Position numbers and translations under genes: made by a program
NCBI GenBank assembly: GCA_021797925.1
Contig: JAJZYS010000003.1
Coordinates: 1 to 34,925 of the forward strand
Length of the DNA stretch: 34,925 bases
Direction of reading: 5' to 3'
From: Bacillota bacterium
Lineage (GTDB): Bacteria; Bacillota; Sulfobacillia; JAJZYS01
Notes under the pieces: model-generated
The model's input: the letters and a program-made list of their open reading frames with translations, nothing else
What the model was told of the DNA's origin: nothing
Database searches by the model: none
Part shown: in pieces, positions 9,813-17,784 of the stretch
How the letters are laid out: each line of letters begins with the position of its first letter
Numbering within the stretch: position 1 is the stretch's first letter

Positions 9813-10235
9813 ATGGCGGATGAGGAGCGGCACGAGTCGGAGATTGCGACGCAGGCGGGGCAGTCGGTGAAGATTGCCGACGATGTCGTGGCCATCATCG
9901 CGGGCATCGCCGCCAACGAGGTGCCCGGGGTCGCGTCCATGTCCGGCAATCTCGTGGGCGGCATCGGGGAGATGCTGGGTCGCAAGAACCCCCAGAAGGG
10001 CATCCGGGTCACCGTGAGCGGCAACGACTGCACCGTGGACGTGTACCTCACCGTCGCCTTCGGGACTCGGATTCCGGATGTGGCCCAGAAGGTCCAGGAG
10101 AGCGTGAAGCGGGCGGTCGAGAACATGACCGGTCTCAAGGTGCTCGAGGTCAACGTCCACATCCAGGGCGTCACGTTTGACGAGGGCGCGGGCAAGGCCG
10201 CGGACGCCGAGACCACGCCGGCCAGGGGCCGGTAG
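9813..10235 (+). CDS. Asp23/Gls24 family protein (YqhY-like)
   Basis: VKIADDVVAIIAGIAA.EV.GV..M, KGIRV and VENMTGL.V.EVNVHIQG motifs. Confidence 0.95.
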   Translation: MADEERHESEIATQAGQSVKIADDVVAIIAGIAANEVPGVASMSGNLVGGIGEMLGRKNPQKGIRVTVSGNDCTVDVYLTVAFGTRIPDVAQKVQESVKRAVENMTGLKVLEVNVHIQGVTFDEGAGKAADAETTPARGR

Positions 10236-10236
10236 C

Positions 10237-10779
10237 TTGCAGTCCGTCGACCGCTTCCTGGGTGTCGTGGGGGGGCTGGGTCTGGCGGCGGCGTCCTTCG
10301 TCCTCGGCGCGGGCGCCCTCGAGCCGGGTCGGCACCCGTGGCACATCCCCGGGCTGTCGCTGAGCGTCGGGCGCGACCGGTGGGAAGTGGCCGTCGTGGC
10401 CGCCGTGTTCTTCCTGGTGGGCGTCCGGGCCGTGGTGGTCGCCCTCGCCGGCGAGGGCGACGGCACGCTGGTCGTGGTCAGCGAGGAGGACGGGGAGGTC
10501 CGGGTGGCGCCCTCGGCCGTGGAGGCCCTGTGCCGGCGGGTGGCCAGGGCCCAGGCGGGGGTGCGGGAGGTCGGGGTGAAGGTGGTTCCCACCGCGGAGG
10601 GACTCGAGGTGCGCCTTCGGATCGGCGTGTCGCCGGACGTGGCGGTGCCGCAGCTGAGCCAGGATCTCCGCGAGGCGATCCAGGACCAGGTGCGGACCGT
10701 GGTGGGCATCTCGGTCCAGCGGGTCCGGATCCGGGTGGATGCCATTGGGATCGAGACCAAGGGAAAGTCGCTTGGCTAG
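10237..10779 (+). CDS. amaP: Alkaline shock response membrane anchor AmaP-like protein
   Basis: DRFL N-terminus, two TM segments, GEVRVA..AVE motif, Asp23-like C-terminal domain; synteny with asp23 and DUF2273. Confidence 0.8.
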   Translation: MQSVDRFLGVVGGLGLAAASFVLGAGALEPGRHPWHIPGLSLSVGRDRWEVAVVAAVFFLVGVRAVVVALAGEGDGTLVVVSEEDGEVRVAPSAVEALCRRVARAQAGVREVGVKVVPTAEGLEVRLRIGVSPDVAVPQLSQDLREAIQDQVRTVVGISVQRVRIRVDAIGIETKGKSLG

Positions 10780-11005
10780 ATGGGGAAGGCTCCTGCGCCG
10801 GGAGTTTCTGCGCCGGCCCGCCCGCTACGTGGGGGCGGCCGTGGGGCTGGCGCTGGGGATCCTGGTGCTGTGGATCGGGCTGTGGGCGGCGCTGTTTCTG
10901 GCCGCGATGACAGCCGGGGGGTTCTACGTGGGCCGGCGCGCCGAGGGCGACGGCCGCGACCCGCGGGAGTGGATCGAGCGGTTCTTGCCGCGCCGCAATC
11001 TCTGA
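10772..11005 (+). CDS. DUF2273 small membrane protein
   Basis: GAAVGLALGILVLWIGLW.ALFL.....GGFYVG pattern; start uncertain (TTG 10772 or ATG 10739). Confidence 0.8.
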   Translation: MARWGRLLRREFLRRPARYVGAAVGLALGILVLWIGLWAALFLAAMTAGGFYVGRRAEGDGRDPREWIERFLPRRNL

Positions 11006-11023
11006 CCGAAGGGAGTCGTCGAG

Positions 11024-11422
11024 ACGGCACGTCGCCACGGGCGCATCCTGGCGCTGGAATCCCTCTTTGCCATGGACCTGGGGCAGGCTTCGCTGGACGA
11101 GGCGCTGGCCGACCGCCTGCGCGGTGAGCCCGAGGACGTGGCCGCGTTCACCCGCGAGGTCGTCACGGGAACGGCCGAGCACCGCGAGGAGATCGACGCC
11201 CGGCTCGCGGCCCTGAGCCCGGCGTGGAAACTGGGACGCATGGCCAGCGTGGACCGCAACGTGCTGCGCATGGCGGCGTACGAACTCATGTTCACCCCCC
11301 AGACCCCCACCGAGGTGGTCATCGACGAGGCGGTGGAACTGGCGAAGACGTACTCTACCGCCGAGTCGGGACGGTTCGTCAACGGCATCCTCGCCAGCCT
11401 CGCGCGGGAGGTACGTCCCTGA
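11024..11422 (+). CDS. nusB: Transcription antitermination factor NusB (probable non-canonical ACG start; first ATG is at 11072)
   Basis: RRHGRILALESLF N-terminal motif, W...RM..VDRNVLR, IDEAVELAK.Y and FVNGIL motifs. Confidence 0.93.
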   Translation, partial: TARRHGRILALESLFAMDLGQASLDEALADRLRGEPEDVAAFTREVVTGTAEHREEIDARLAALSPAWKLGRMASVDRNVLRMAAYELMFTPQTPTEVVIDEAVELAKTYSTAESGRFVNGILASLAREVRP

Positions 11423-12267
11423 GCGCCCGGGTCCTGGAGGGTCGCGCGCTGGCGGCCGAGATCCTCGAGAACGTGCGCGGGGGCGTGGCGGAGCTTCAGG
11501 CGCGATCCGGCCGCGCGCCCCGGCTCATGGTGCTCGAGGCCGGGGGCGATGACGCCGGCGCCGCGTACCGCCAGGCCCTGCGCGCCGCCGCCCGGGTGGG
11601 CGTCGAGGTCGAGGTCCGCCGGCTTCCTCCGGACGACGCCGCCTCGGCCCTGGAGGCGGTGCGCGACGCCGGCCAGGACCCGGCGGTGGACGCCATGGTC
11701 GTCATCGCGCCGCTGCCCCGGGGCTGGGACGAGGGCGCGTTCGCGCTCGCCGTGAACCCCGACAAGGACGTGGACGGCGTGCACCCTTTGAACGCGGGGC
11801 TCGGGGCAGCGGCCCGAAGGTGCCTTCAGCCCTCGACCCCCGCGGCGGCGATCCGGCTGCTTGAGGCCCACGGCGTGGAGCTCGCCGGCAGCCGGGCGGT
11901 GGTGGTGGGGCGCTCGGCCGTGGTGGGCCGGCCGCTGGCGCGCATGCTCCTCGACCGCGACGCCACGGTGACCGTGTGCCACTCGCGGACGCGGGACCTG
12001 GGCGCGGAGACCCGACGGGCCGAGCTGCTCCTGGTGGCTGCGGGCCGGCCCGGGCTCATCGTGCCGGACATGGTGCGACCGGGGGCGACGGTGGTGGACA
12101 TCGGCACCAACGTGGACGCGGCGGGAAACCTCGTGGGCGACGTGGCCCCCGGGGTCGGCGCGGTGGCCGGGGCGCTCACGCCGGTGCCCGGCGGGGTGGG
12201 TCCGGTGACCACCGCGATCCTCATGGAGCACGTGTGGGAGGCGGCCCTGTGGCATCTTCGGTCCTGA
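11419..12267 (+). CDS. folD: FolD-family methylenetetrahydrofolate dehydrogenase (probable CTG start)
   Basis: SARVLEGRALA N-terminus; KDVDG, GRSAVVGRP, TVCHSRT and TPVPGGVGPVT motifs. Confidence 0.92.
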   Translation: MSARVLEGRALAAEILENVRGGVAELQARSGRAPRLMVLEAGGDDAGAAYRQALRAAARVGVEVEVRRLPPDDAASALEAVRDAGQDPAVDAMVVIAPLPRGWDEGAFALAVNPDKDVDGVHPLNAGLGAAARRCLQPSTPAAAIRLLEAHGVELAGSRAVVVGRSAVVGRPLARMLLDRDATVTVCHSRTRDLGAETRRAELLLVAAGRPGLIVPDMVRPGATVVDIGTNVDAAGNLVGDVAPGVGAVAGALTPVPGGVGPVTTAILMEHVWEAALWHLRS

Positions 12268-13451
12268 CGGTGTCGGGCCTGACCCGCTACCTGAAGGCTT
12301 CCCTGGAGTCCGACCCCGTGCTCTCCTCGGTGACGGTGGAGGGCGAGATCGTGAACTTCCACCGTCACACCTCGGGGCACCTGTACTTCTCCCTGACCGA
12401 CTCCGTCGCGACGATCCGGGCGGTGATGTTCCGGGCCCGGGCAGCCACCCTGCGGATCCTTCCCGCCAGCGGTCAGAAGGTGCTGTGCACGGGGTATGTG
12501 AGCCTCTACGAGCAGGGCGGCCAGCTCGAGCTGTACGTGGAGCGCATGGAGCCGGCGGGCGTGGGAGCCAAGCTCCTCGAGCTTGAGGCCCTGCGCGAGC
12601 GGCTCAAGGCGGAGGGCCTCTTCGACGAGCGGCGAAAGCGCCCCCTGCCCCGCCTGCCCCGGCGGGTGGGAGTCATCACCTCGCCCACCGGCGCCGCGAT
12701 CCACGACATCCTCAAGGTGCTGCGCCGCCGCTACCCAGGGATCTCGGTGCTCGTCCGCGGCGTCCTGGTGCAGGGGGCCGGCGCGCCCAGGGGCATCGTC
12801 GAGGCGCTCGACCTCATGGGCCAGCGGGCGGACGTGGACGTGATCATCCTGGGCCGGGGCGGCGGGGCCAGCGAGGACCTGGACGCCTTCAACGACGAGG
12901 CCGTGGTCCGCGCGGTCGCCCATTGCCCGCATCCGGTCATCGCGGCGGTGGGCCATGAGAGCGACGTGACCCTCACGGACTTCGCGGCGGACCATAGGGC
13001 TCCGACGCCGTCCGCGGCCGCGGAGCTGGCCGTCCCCGAGCGCGAGCAGCTTCACAACCGGGTCCACGAGCTCGACGTCAGGCTCCGGCGCTCGCTGCTC
13101 GTGCGCCGCCGCCGGGCGAGAGAGGAGCTCTGGCGCCTTGTGACCCGGGGCGCGCTGGCGCACCCCCGGCGGCTCGTGGCGCCGCGGCGCGAGCGGCTGG
13201 ACCGCCTGTGGGAGCGGCTCGTCGCCGCCGTGCTCCGGGAGAAGGAGCGCGAGGACTGGCGCGCGTCGTCCCTGGCGCGCCGCCTCGAGGCCCTGGACCC
13301 GGACCGGGTGCTCGCCCGGGGCTACGCCATCGTGGAGGACACCCACGGCCGCGCGGTGGGACGCGCCGCGCAGGCCAGACGCCTGGAACGCCTGGAGCTG
13401 CGGTTTGTGGACGGACGGGTCCGCGCACGCGTGGAGGGGGATGAGCCGTGA
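12249..13451 (+). CDS. xseA: Exodeoxyribonuclease VII large subunit
   Basis: GEI.NF..H.SGHLYFSL, EGLFD, ITSPTGAAI.D, RGGG..EDL.AFN and AVGHE.D..TPSAAAE motifs. Confidence 0.97.
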   Translation: MASSVLTVSGLTRYLKASLESDPVLSSVTVEGEIVNFHRHTSGHLYFSLTDSVATIRAVMFRARAATLRILPASGQKVLCTGYVSLYEQGGQLELYVERMEPAGVGAKLLELEALRERLKAEGLFDERRKRPLPRLPRRVGVITSPTGAAIHDILKVLRRRYPGISVLVRGVLVQGAGAPRGIVEALDLMGQRADVDVIILGRGGGASEDLDAFNDEAVVRAVAHCPHPVIAAVGHESDVTLTDFAADHRAPTPSAAAELAVPEREQLHNRVHELDVRLRRSLLVRRRRAREELWRLVTRGALAHPRRLVAPRRERLDRLWERLVAAVLREKEREDWRASSLARRLEALDPDRVLARGYAIVEDTHGRAVGRAAQARRLERLELRFVDGRVRARVEGDEP

Positions 13452-13669
13452 CGTACGAGGAAGCCATCGCGCGGCTTGAGGCGCTGGTGCAGGAGCTCGA
13501 GGGCGGAGAGCTGCCCCTGGCGGGCGCGCTGGAGCGTTTCGAGGAGGGCATGGCGCTCGTCAAGCGGTGCCAGGCCCTTCTGGACGAGGCGGAGGGCAAG
13601 ATCGAGGCGCTGATGGGCGAAGGGGAGTCCTTGCGCACCGAGCCGTTCGAGCCGCCGGCCCGCGGCTGA
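13448..13669 (+). CDS. xseB: Exodeoxyribonuclease VII small subunit
   Basis: TYEEAIARLE..V..LE.G.LPL...L..FEEG..L...C...L..AE.KI. Confidence 0.96.
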   Translation: MTYEEAIARLEALVQELEGGELPLAGALERFEEGMALVKRCQALLDEAEGKIEALMGEGESLRTEPFEPPARG

Positions 13670-14535
13670 TGGAGCTTGCGGACCTGCGCCGGGCCGTGGA
13701 GGCGGGACTCGACGCGCTGCTGCCCCCCGCGCACGAGCGGCCTCGACGCCTGCACGCCGCCATGCGCTACGCCGTGCTCGAGGGCGGCGGCAAGCGGCTG
13801 CGCCCGCTCCTGATGCTCGCCGCCGCCCACGCGGTCGGCGGCGCGTGGGAGCCCCTCGTTCCCGCCGCCGCCGGCGTCGAGTGCATCCACGCGTATTCGC
13901 TGGTGCACGACGACCTGCCCGCGCTGGACGACGACGATCTGCGGCGGGGCCGGCCCTCGCTGCACCGTGCGTTCGACGAGGCCACGGCGCTATTGGCCGG
14001 CGACGCCCTCCTGCCCCTGGGGTTCGGGTCGCTTGCCCAGGTCGCGGTCGTGCCCGAGCGGTGCCGGCTGGCGCTCGCGATCCTGGCGGCGGCCACGGGG
14101 TCGACGGCCCTCGTGGGCGGGCAGGCGGAGGACCTCATGGCGGAGGGCCAGCCGCCTTCTCTGGAGCGAGTGGAGTGGATCCACGCCCGCAAGACATCCG
14201 CGCTCATCGAGGCAGCGCTCGAGATGGGGGCGGTGCTGGTGGGGGCCGAGGCGAGGCAGCGAGCCGCGCTGCGTCGCTTCGGCCGCGCCTACGGGCTCGC
14301 CTTCCAGATCCTCGACGACCTCCTGGACTTGACCGGCGGCGCGGGCAAGGAGGCCGGTGGAGACCACGCCCGGGGCAAGCAGACCTACCCGGCCGTGCTC
14401 GGGCGCGAGGGCGCCGTCGCGGCGGGACGAGCGGCGATCGACGAGGCGAGGGCGGCGCTCGTGGAACTCGGGGGGGACACGCGGTTGCTCGAGGCGCTGG
14501 TCCGAGAGGGGCCGCTCCGCTCGGACCTGTTCTGA
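13669..14535 (+). CDS. ispA: Farnesyl/geranylgeranyl diphosphate synthase
   Basis: GGKRLRP, HAYSLVHDDLPALDDDDLRRG and FQILDDLLD motifs. Confidence 0.95.
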   Translation: MELADLRRAVEAGLDALLPPAHERPRRLHAAMRYAVLEGGGKRLRPLLMLAAAHAVGGAWEPLVPAAAGVECIHAYSLVHDDLPALDDDDLRRGRPSLHRAFDEATALLAGDALLPLGFGSLAQVAVVPERCRLALAILAAATGSTALVGGQAEDLMAEGQPPSLERVEWIHARKTSALIEAALEMGAVLVGAEARQRAALRRFGRAYGLAFQILDDLLDLTGGAGKEAGGDHARGKQTYPAVLGREGAVAAGRAAIDEARAALVELGGDTRLLEALVREGPLRSDLF

Positions 14536-14601
14536 CGGCCCCCGCCACCGGACGCAGGCGCGCGTGCTGGCAGCGCGTGCCCCTGGAGGACCGGCCGCGG
14601 G

Positions 14602-14970
14602 CTACCTGGGCGCCCCGAGGAGGCCCAGGGCGAGCAGGGCCCAGCCGGCCAGGAAGAAGACGCCTCCCACGGGGGTGACCGCTCCGAGGGACCTGCGCCC
14701 GGTGAGGGCCAGGGCGTAAAGGCTCCCGGAGAAGAGGACGATGCCCCCGAGGAAGGCTCCCCCGCCCCACAGGGCGACGGGGGAGGCGAGTCGGGCCTCG
14801 ACGAGGCCTCCGGCGACGAGCGCCGCCAGGCTGTGCGTCATCTGGTACTGCACGCCGGTCTGAAACCACCCCATCCGGTCGGCCCCCAGCCGGCCGGCCA
14901 AGGCGTGGGCGCCGAAGGCGCCCAGCGCCACCGCCAGCAGACCGCTCAGGGCGCCCAGGAAAAGCGTCAT
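14602..14970 (-). CDS. DUF423 (YgdD/TMEM256) membrane protein
   Basis: ALGAFGAHAL, TGVQYQMTH, GIVLFSGSLY and GAVTPVGG motifs; AGGAGG RBS. Confidence 0.93.
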   Translation of the reverse strand: MTLFLGALSGLLAVALGAFGAHALAGRLGADRMGWFQTGVQYQMTHSLAALVAGGLVEARLASPVALWGGGAFLGGIVLFSGSLYALALTGRRSLGAVTPVGGVFFLAGWALLALGLLGAPR

Positions 14971-15322
14971 CGGTCATCACCTCCTGCCGCCGGGTCTTCG
15001 GCACGGCGGCGTCGCCGCCTGCACCGGCCGAGCCGGTGGCGCACAGCTGGGAGGCGTCGGGCGGCCCGTGATGTGGGCGCCTGCGGCCAAAGGGGCGTGC
15101 TCGCCGGGAGGACCGTGGGGCCAGGCCGCACTCCGCCTTACCGGGCACGGGGACTTCGGGTCCGCGGACTCGGCGCGGCGGCCCTCGCGTGCCGCGGGGC
15201 CGGGTGTCAAGGGTTCGGCTCTTCGACCCGATGACGCCGGGGTCCGTCGAGCCCGGTGCCCGAGGCTCAGGGCGCCCCAGGCTCGCCGGCCGGTCCGAGG
15301 CGAGGGGCTGCGGGCGCGATCG

Positions 15323-15640
15323 TCACGCGGGCCGCCGGCGGTGCACCAGCCGTCCCACCCCGGACCAGATCTCCCACACGACCGGGTATCCGAGGAACCA
15401 TAGCGGCGCGCCGACGCCAAGCGCCGTGCCGCGGCGATGGTGATGCCGAAGGCGGCAGGCTCCAGGACTCCCCGCACGGCGGGCCCAGCGAAACGGGCGG
15501 GACCCGCCGCCACGCGCGCTCGACGCCATGAACACCGCCGGGAGAAAGACGCTCGCGAATCCCTGGGTGACGGTGCCCAAGAGGTGCACGGCGCTCAGGG
15601 TCGCGGCGGTGATGGTGACGAGCCGCTGTGGACAGATGGG
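15323..15640 (-). pseudogene. Possible decayed MFS transporter fragment
   Basis: Hydrophobic MFS-like pieces in different frames: LSAVHLLGTVTQGFASVFLPA, GPARFAGPAVRGVL, GTALGVGAPLW; no intact ORF. Confidence 0.3.
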
Positions 15641-15687
15641 CCCGCCGCCACCAGTTCCCCCGCGGCCAGAAGCGCCAGGCCGATCAC

Positions 15688-15712
15688 GGTGGCCGCGCCC
15701 GGCGCGGCCACC
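15688..15712 (-). terminator. Perfect palindrome just downstream of the SLH gene
   Basis: GGTGGCCGCGCC-C-GGCGCGGCCACC, 11 nt past the stop codon; no U-tract. Confidence 0.45.
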
Positions 15713-15723
15713 CGCGCGGCGGG

Positions 15724-17784
15724 CTACACCTTGCCGATCAGGCGCAGGTAGCGAGCGATCACCACGGCGGCCTGCGCCCGGGTGGTGGTGCCCTGGGGGA
15801 GGAAGTCCCCGTCGGGGAACCCGTGGACGAGCCCCGCGCTCAGGGCCTTTCCCACGCCGACCGCGGCCCAGCGGGGCACCTTGCCCCCGTCGCGGAAGAC
15901 GGCGAGGCGAGCCGCCGGCGTCCGCGCGAGCGCCGGCAGCCGCGACAGCATGACGGCCATCTCCAGCCGGGTGATCGGCGCCTCGGGGTCGAAGCGGGTG
16001 GCGCTCACACCGCCGACGATCCCGGCCTCGTAGGCCGCGCGGACGTAAGGCGCGTACCACGCCGATGGGGCCACGTCGACGAACGGGAGGCGTCCCTTGG
16101 AAAGTGGCGCGAGACCGTCGGCGAGCGCCAGCATCTTGGTGAACTGGGCCCGGGTGACGCTCCGGTCGGGAGCGAACCGGCCGGCGGCCACGCCGTCGAC
16201 GATTCGAGCCCCCAGGAGTTCGTCCACGGCGGTGCGGGCCCATGGCGTCTTCACCAGGTCCGAGAACCGCTCCCGATTGATCAGGAGCGCGTACGTGCTC
16301 AGGTGCGCCAGCGTCACCGTGACCGTGGCGCGGTCGGGGTCGACGACGCCGCCGACCCACGTCCACGCGCGGGTCTTGGGATCGTAGAAGTAGACCCCCA
16401 GCCGGCCCGGACTGAGTCCGGAGAGCGCCTTCGCGTCGAAGTGCAGGACCAGGCGGACGGGCTCGTGGGGCTCGGCACCGCCCGAGGTGGTGATCACAAG
16501 GCCGGTCAGGGCCGCAAAGCCCGAGGGCGGCTCGGGCACCCGCCCTGGTTGCTCCTGCCGCACCGACACCTTTACGTCCGCCGAGAACGCGCCCCGGGGG
16601 ACCTCGAGCTGGACCTGGCCGCCCAGCAGCGCGATCGTGCCCCCCCGGGGGCCGACGGTGCCGGTGCCGACGGACCCTGAGGGCGCCGAGCCGAAGCCGA
16701 CGGAAAGCGGGATCAGGATGTCCGGGCCGGTGGTGGAGGCGGGCGGCGTGAGGGGCGAGGCGGGGACCTGGGGCGCCACGAACGTCACCTGAGCGGTGTT
16801 CCCGGCCGCGATGCCGGCCACCTTGGCCGTCACCGTGGCCGTGCCCGCGGTGGCGGAGCCGAGGCGGTCGGCGGCCACCCCCTCGGAGTCGGTGGGGACG
16901 GCGCCGGTCGTCGACAGCTGTCCCAGGGTGGTCGTGAAGGTCACGGGCACCCCAGGGAGCGCCTCGCCGGTGGCGCCGTAGACCGTGGCCGTGACCGTGG
17001 CGGCGGCCACGCCGTTGGCGGTCACCGTCGCCGGGGAGACGCTCACCTGTTCCCGATCGGGAACGGTGGGCGACGGCGCCACGGTGATGGCGAGGCCGGC
17101 GGTGGCCACCTGGGTCGGAGCGGAGCTGTCGGCGACCTGGACCGTGAAGCTCGCGCTCCCGGCGGCGGTCGGCGTCCCCTGGATCGTCCCCGTGGCGGGA
17201 TCGAGGGTCAATCCCGCCGGGAGGCTGCCGGCGATCACCGACCAGGTGTAGGGCGTGCTGCCGCCGTTGGCGGAAAGCGCCGCCGAGTACGCCGCGCCCA
17301 CCGTGGCGCCGGGGAGGATCCGGGTGGCCACGGCCAGGGGGGAGGCGGCCGCCACGGTGAGGTTCACCTGGCAGACGCTGCCGGGGGCGAACGTGAGCGC
17401 GGCCCCCGGGCTCAGGCTGCAGCCGCTCCCGCCGACGACGGTGGCCGTCGCCGCGAGAGCGTTCACCTCCAGCGTGATGGGCGCTCCCGCGACCGCGCCG
17501 TCACCCTGGACGGACAGCTTGGGGTCGAGCCCGCCGGGGCCGCCGTACGCGCCCGAGGCGGAGATGGCCAGCTCTCCCGCGGGCTGACCGCCGAGCACGG
17601 CGGTCACGTCCCCTTGGGTGACGGGCAGGTCGTGGGTCGTGGTCACCTCGCCCCACAGCGCCATGGGCAGGACGGGCGAGGACGCCGCGGCCGCCGGCAG
17701 GGCGCTGGCGATGACGATCGCCAGCGCGCCGAACCAGGCCAGGGGGCTGCGCACCGCGGCGACCGCGCGCGCGCTTCGGGTCAT
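15724..17784 (-). CDS. Secreted SLH-domain surface protein with N-terminal unnamed beta domain, putative Ig (He_PIG) and Big_1 domains
   Basis: Signal peptide; LPGATVGAAYSAAL..GG.TPYTWS..GSLPAGLTLD..TGTI.GTPT; ANG....VTATV....G..LPGVPVTF; three SLH repeats (FAPDRSVTRAQF, FDPEAPITRLEM, FLPQGTTTRAQAA). Confidence 0.9.
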   Translation of the reverse strand: MTRSARAVAAVRSPLAWFGALAIVIASALPAAAASSPVLPMALWGEVTTTHDLPVTQGDVTAVLGGQPAGELAISASGAYGGPGGLDPKLSVQGDGAVAGAPITLEVNALAATATVVGGSGCSLSPGAALTFAPGSVCQVNLTVAAASPLAVATRILPGATVGAAYSAALSANGGSTPYTWSVIAGSLPAGLTLDPATGTIQGTPTAAGSASFTVQVADSSAPTQVATAGLAITVAPSPTVPDREQVSVSPATVTANGVAAATVTATVYGATGEALPGVPVTFTTTLGQLSTTGAVPTDSEGVAADRLGSATAGTATVTAKVAGIAAGNTAQVTFVAPQVPASPLTPPASTTGPDILIPLSVGFGSAPSGSVGTGTVGPRGGTIALLGGQVQLEVPRGAFSADVKVSVRQEQPGRVPEPPSGFAALTGLVITTSGGAEPHEPVRLVLHFDAKALSGLSPGRLGVYFYDPKTRAWTWVGGVVDPDRATVTVTLAHLSTYALLINRERFSDLVKTPWARTAVDELLGARIVDGVAAGRFAPDRSVTRAQFTKMLALADGLAPLSKGRLPFVDVAPSAWYAPYVRAAYEAGIVGGVSATRFDPEAPITRLEMAVMLSRLPALARTPAARLAVFRDGGKVPRWAAVGVGKALSAGLVHGFPDGDFLPQGTTTRAQAAVVIARYLRLIGKV

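Noticed and set aside
10772-11422. DUF2273 and nusB are in the same frame, so stop-codon readthrough could give a fusion
   Set aside because: A separate Shine-Dalgarno lies between them and both are normally independent proteins; a non-canonical start is the simpler explanation
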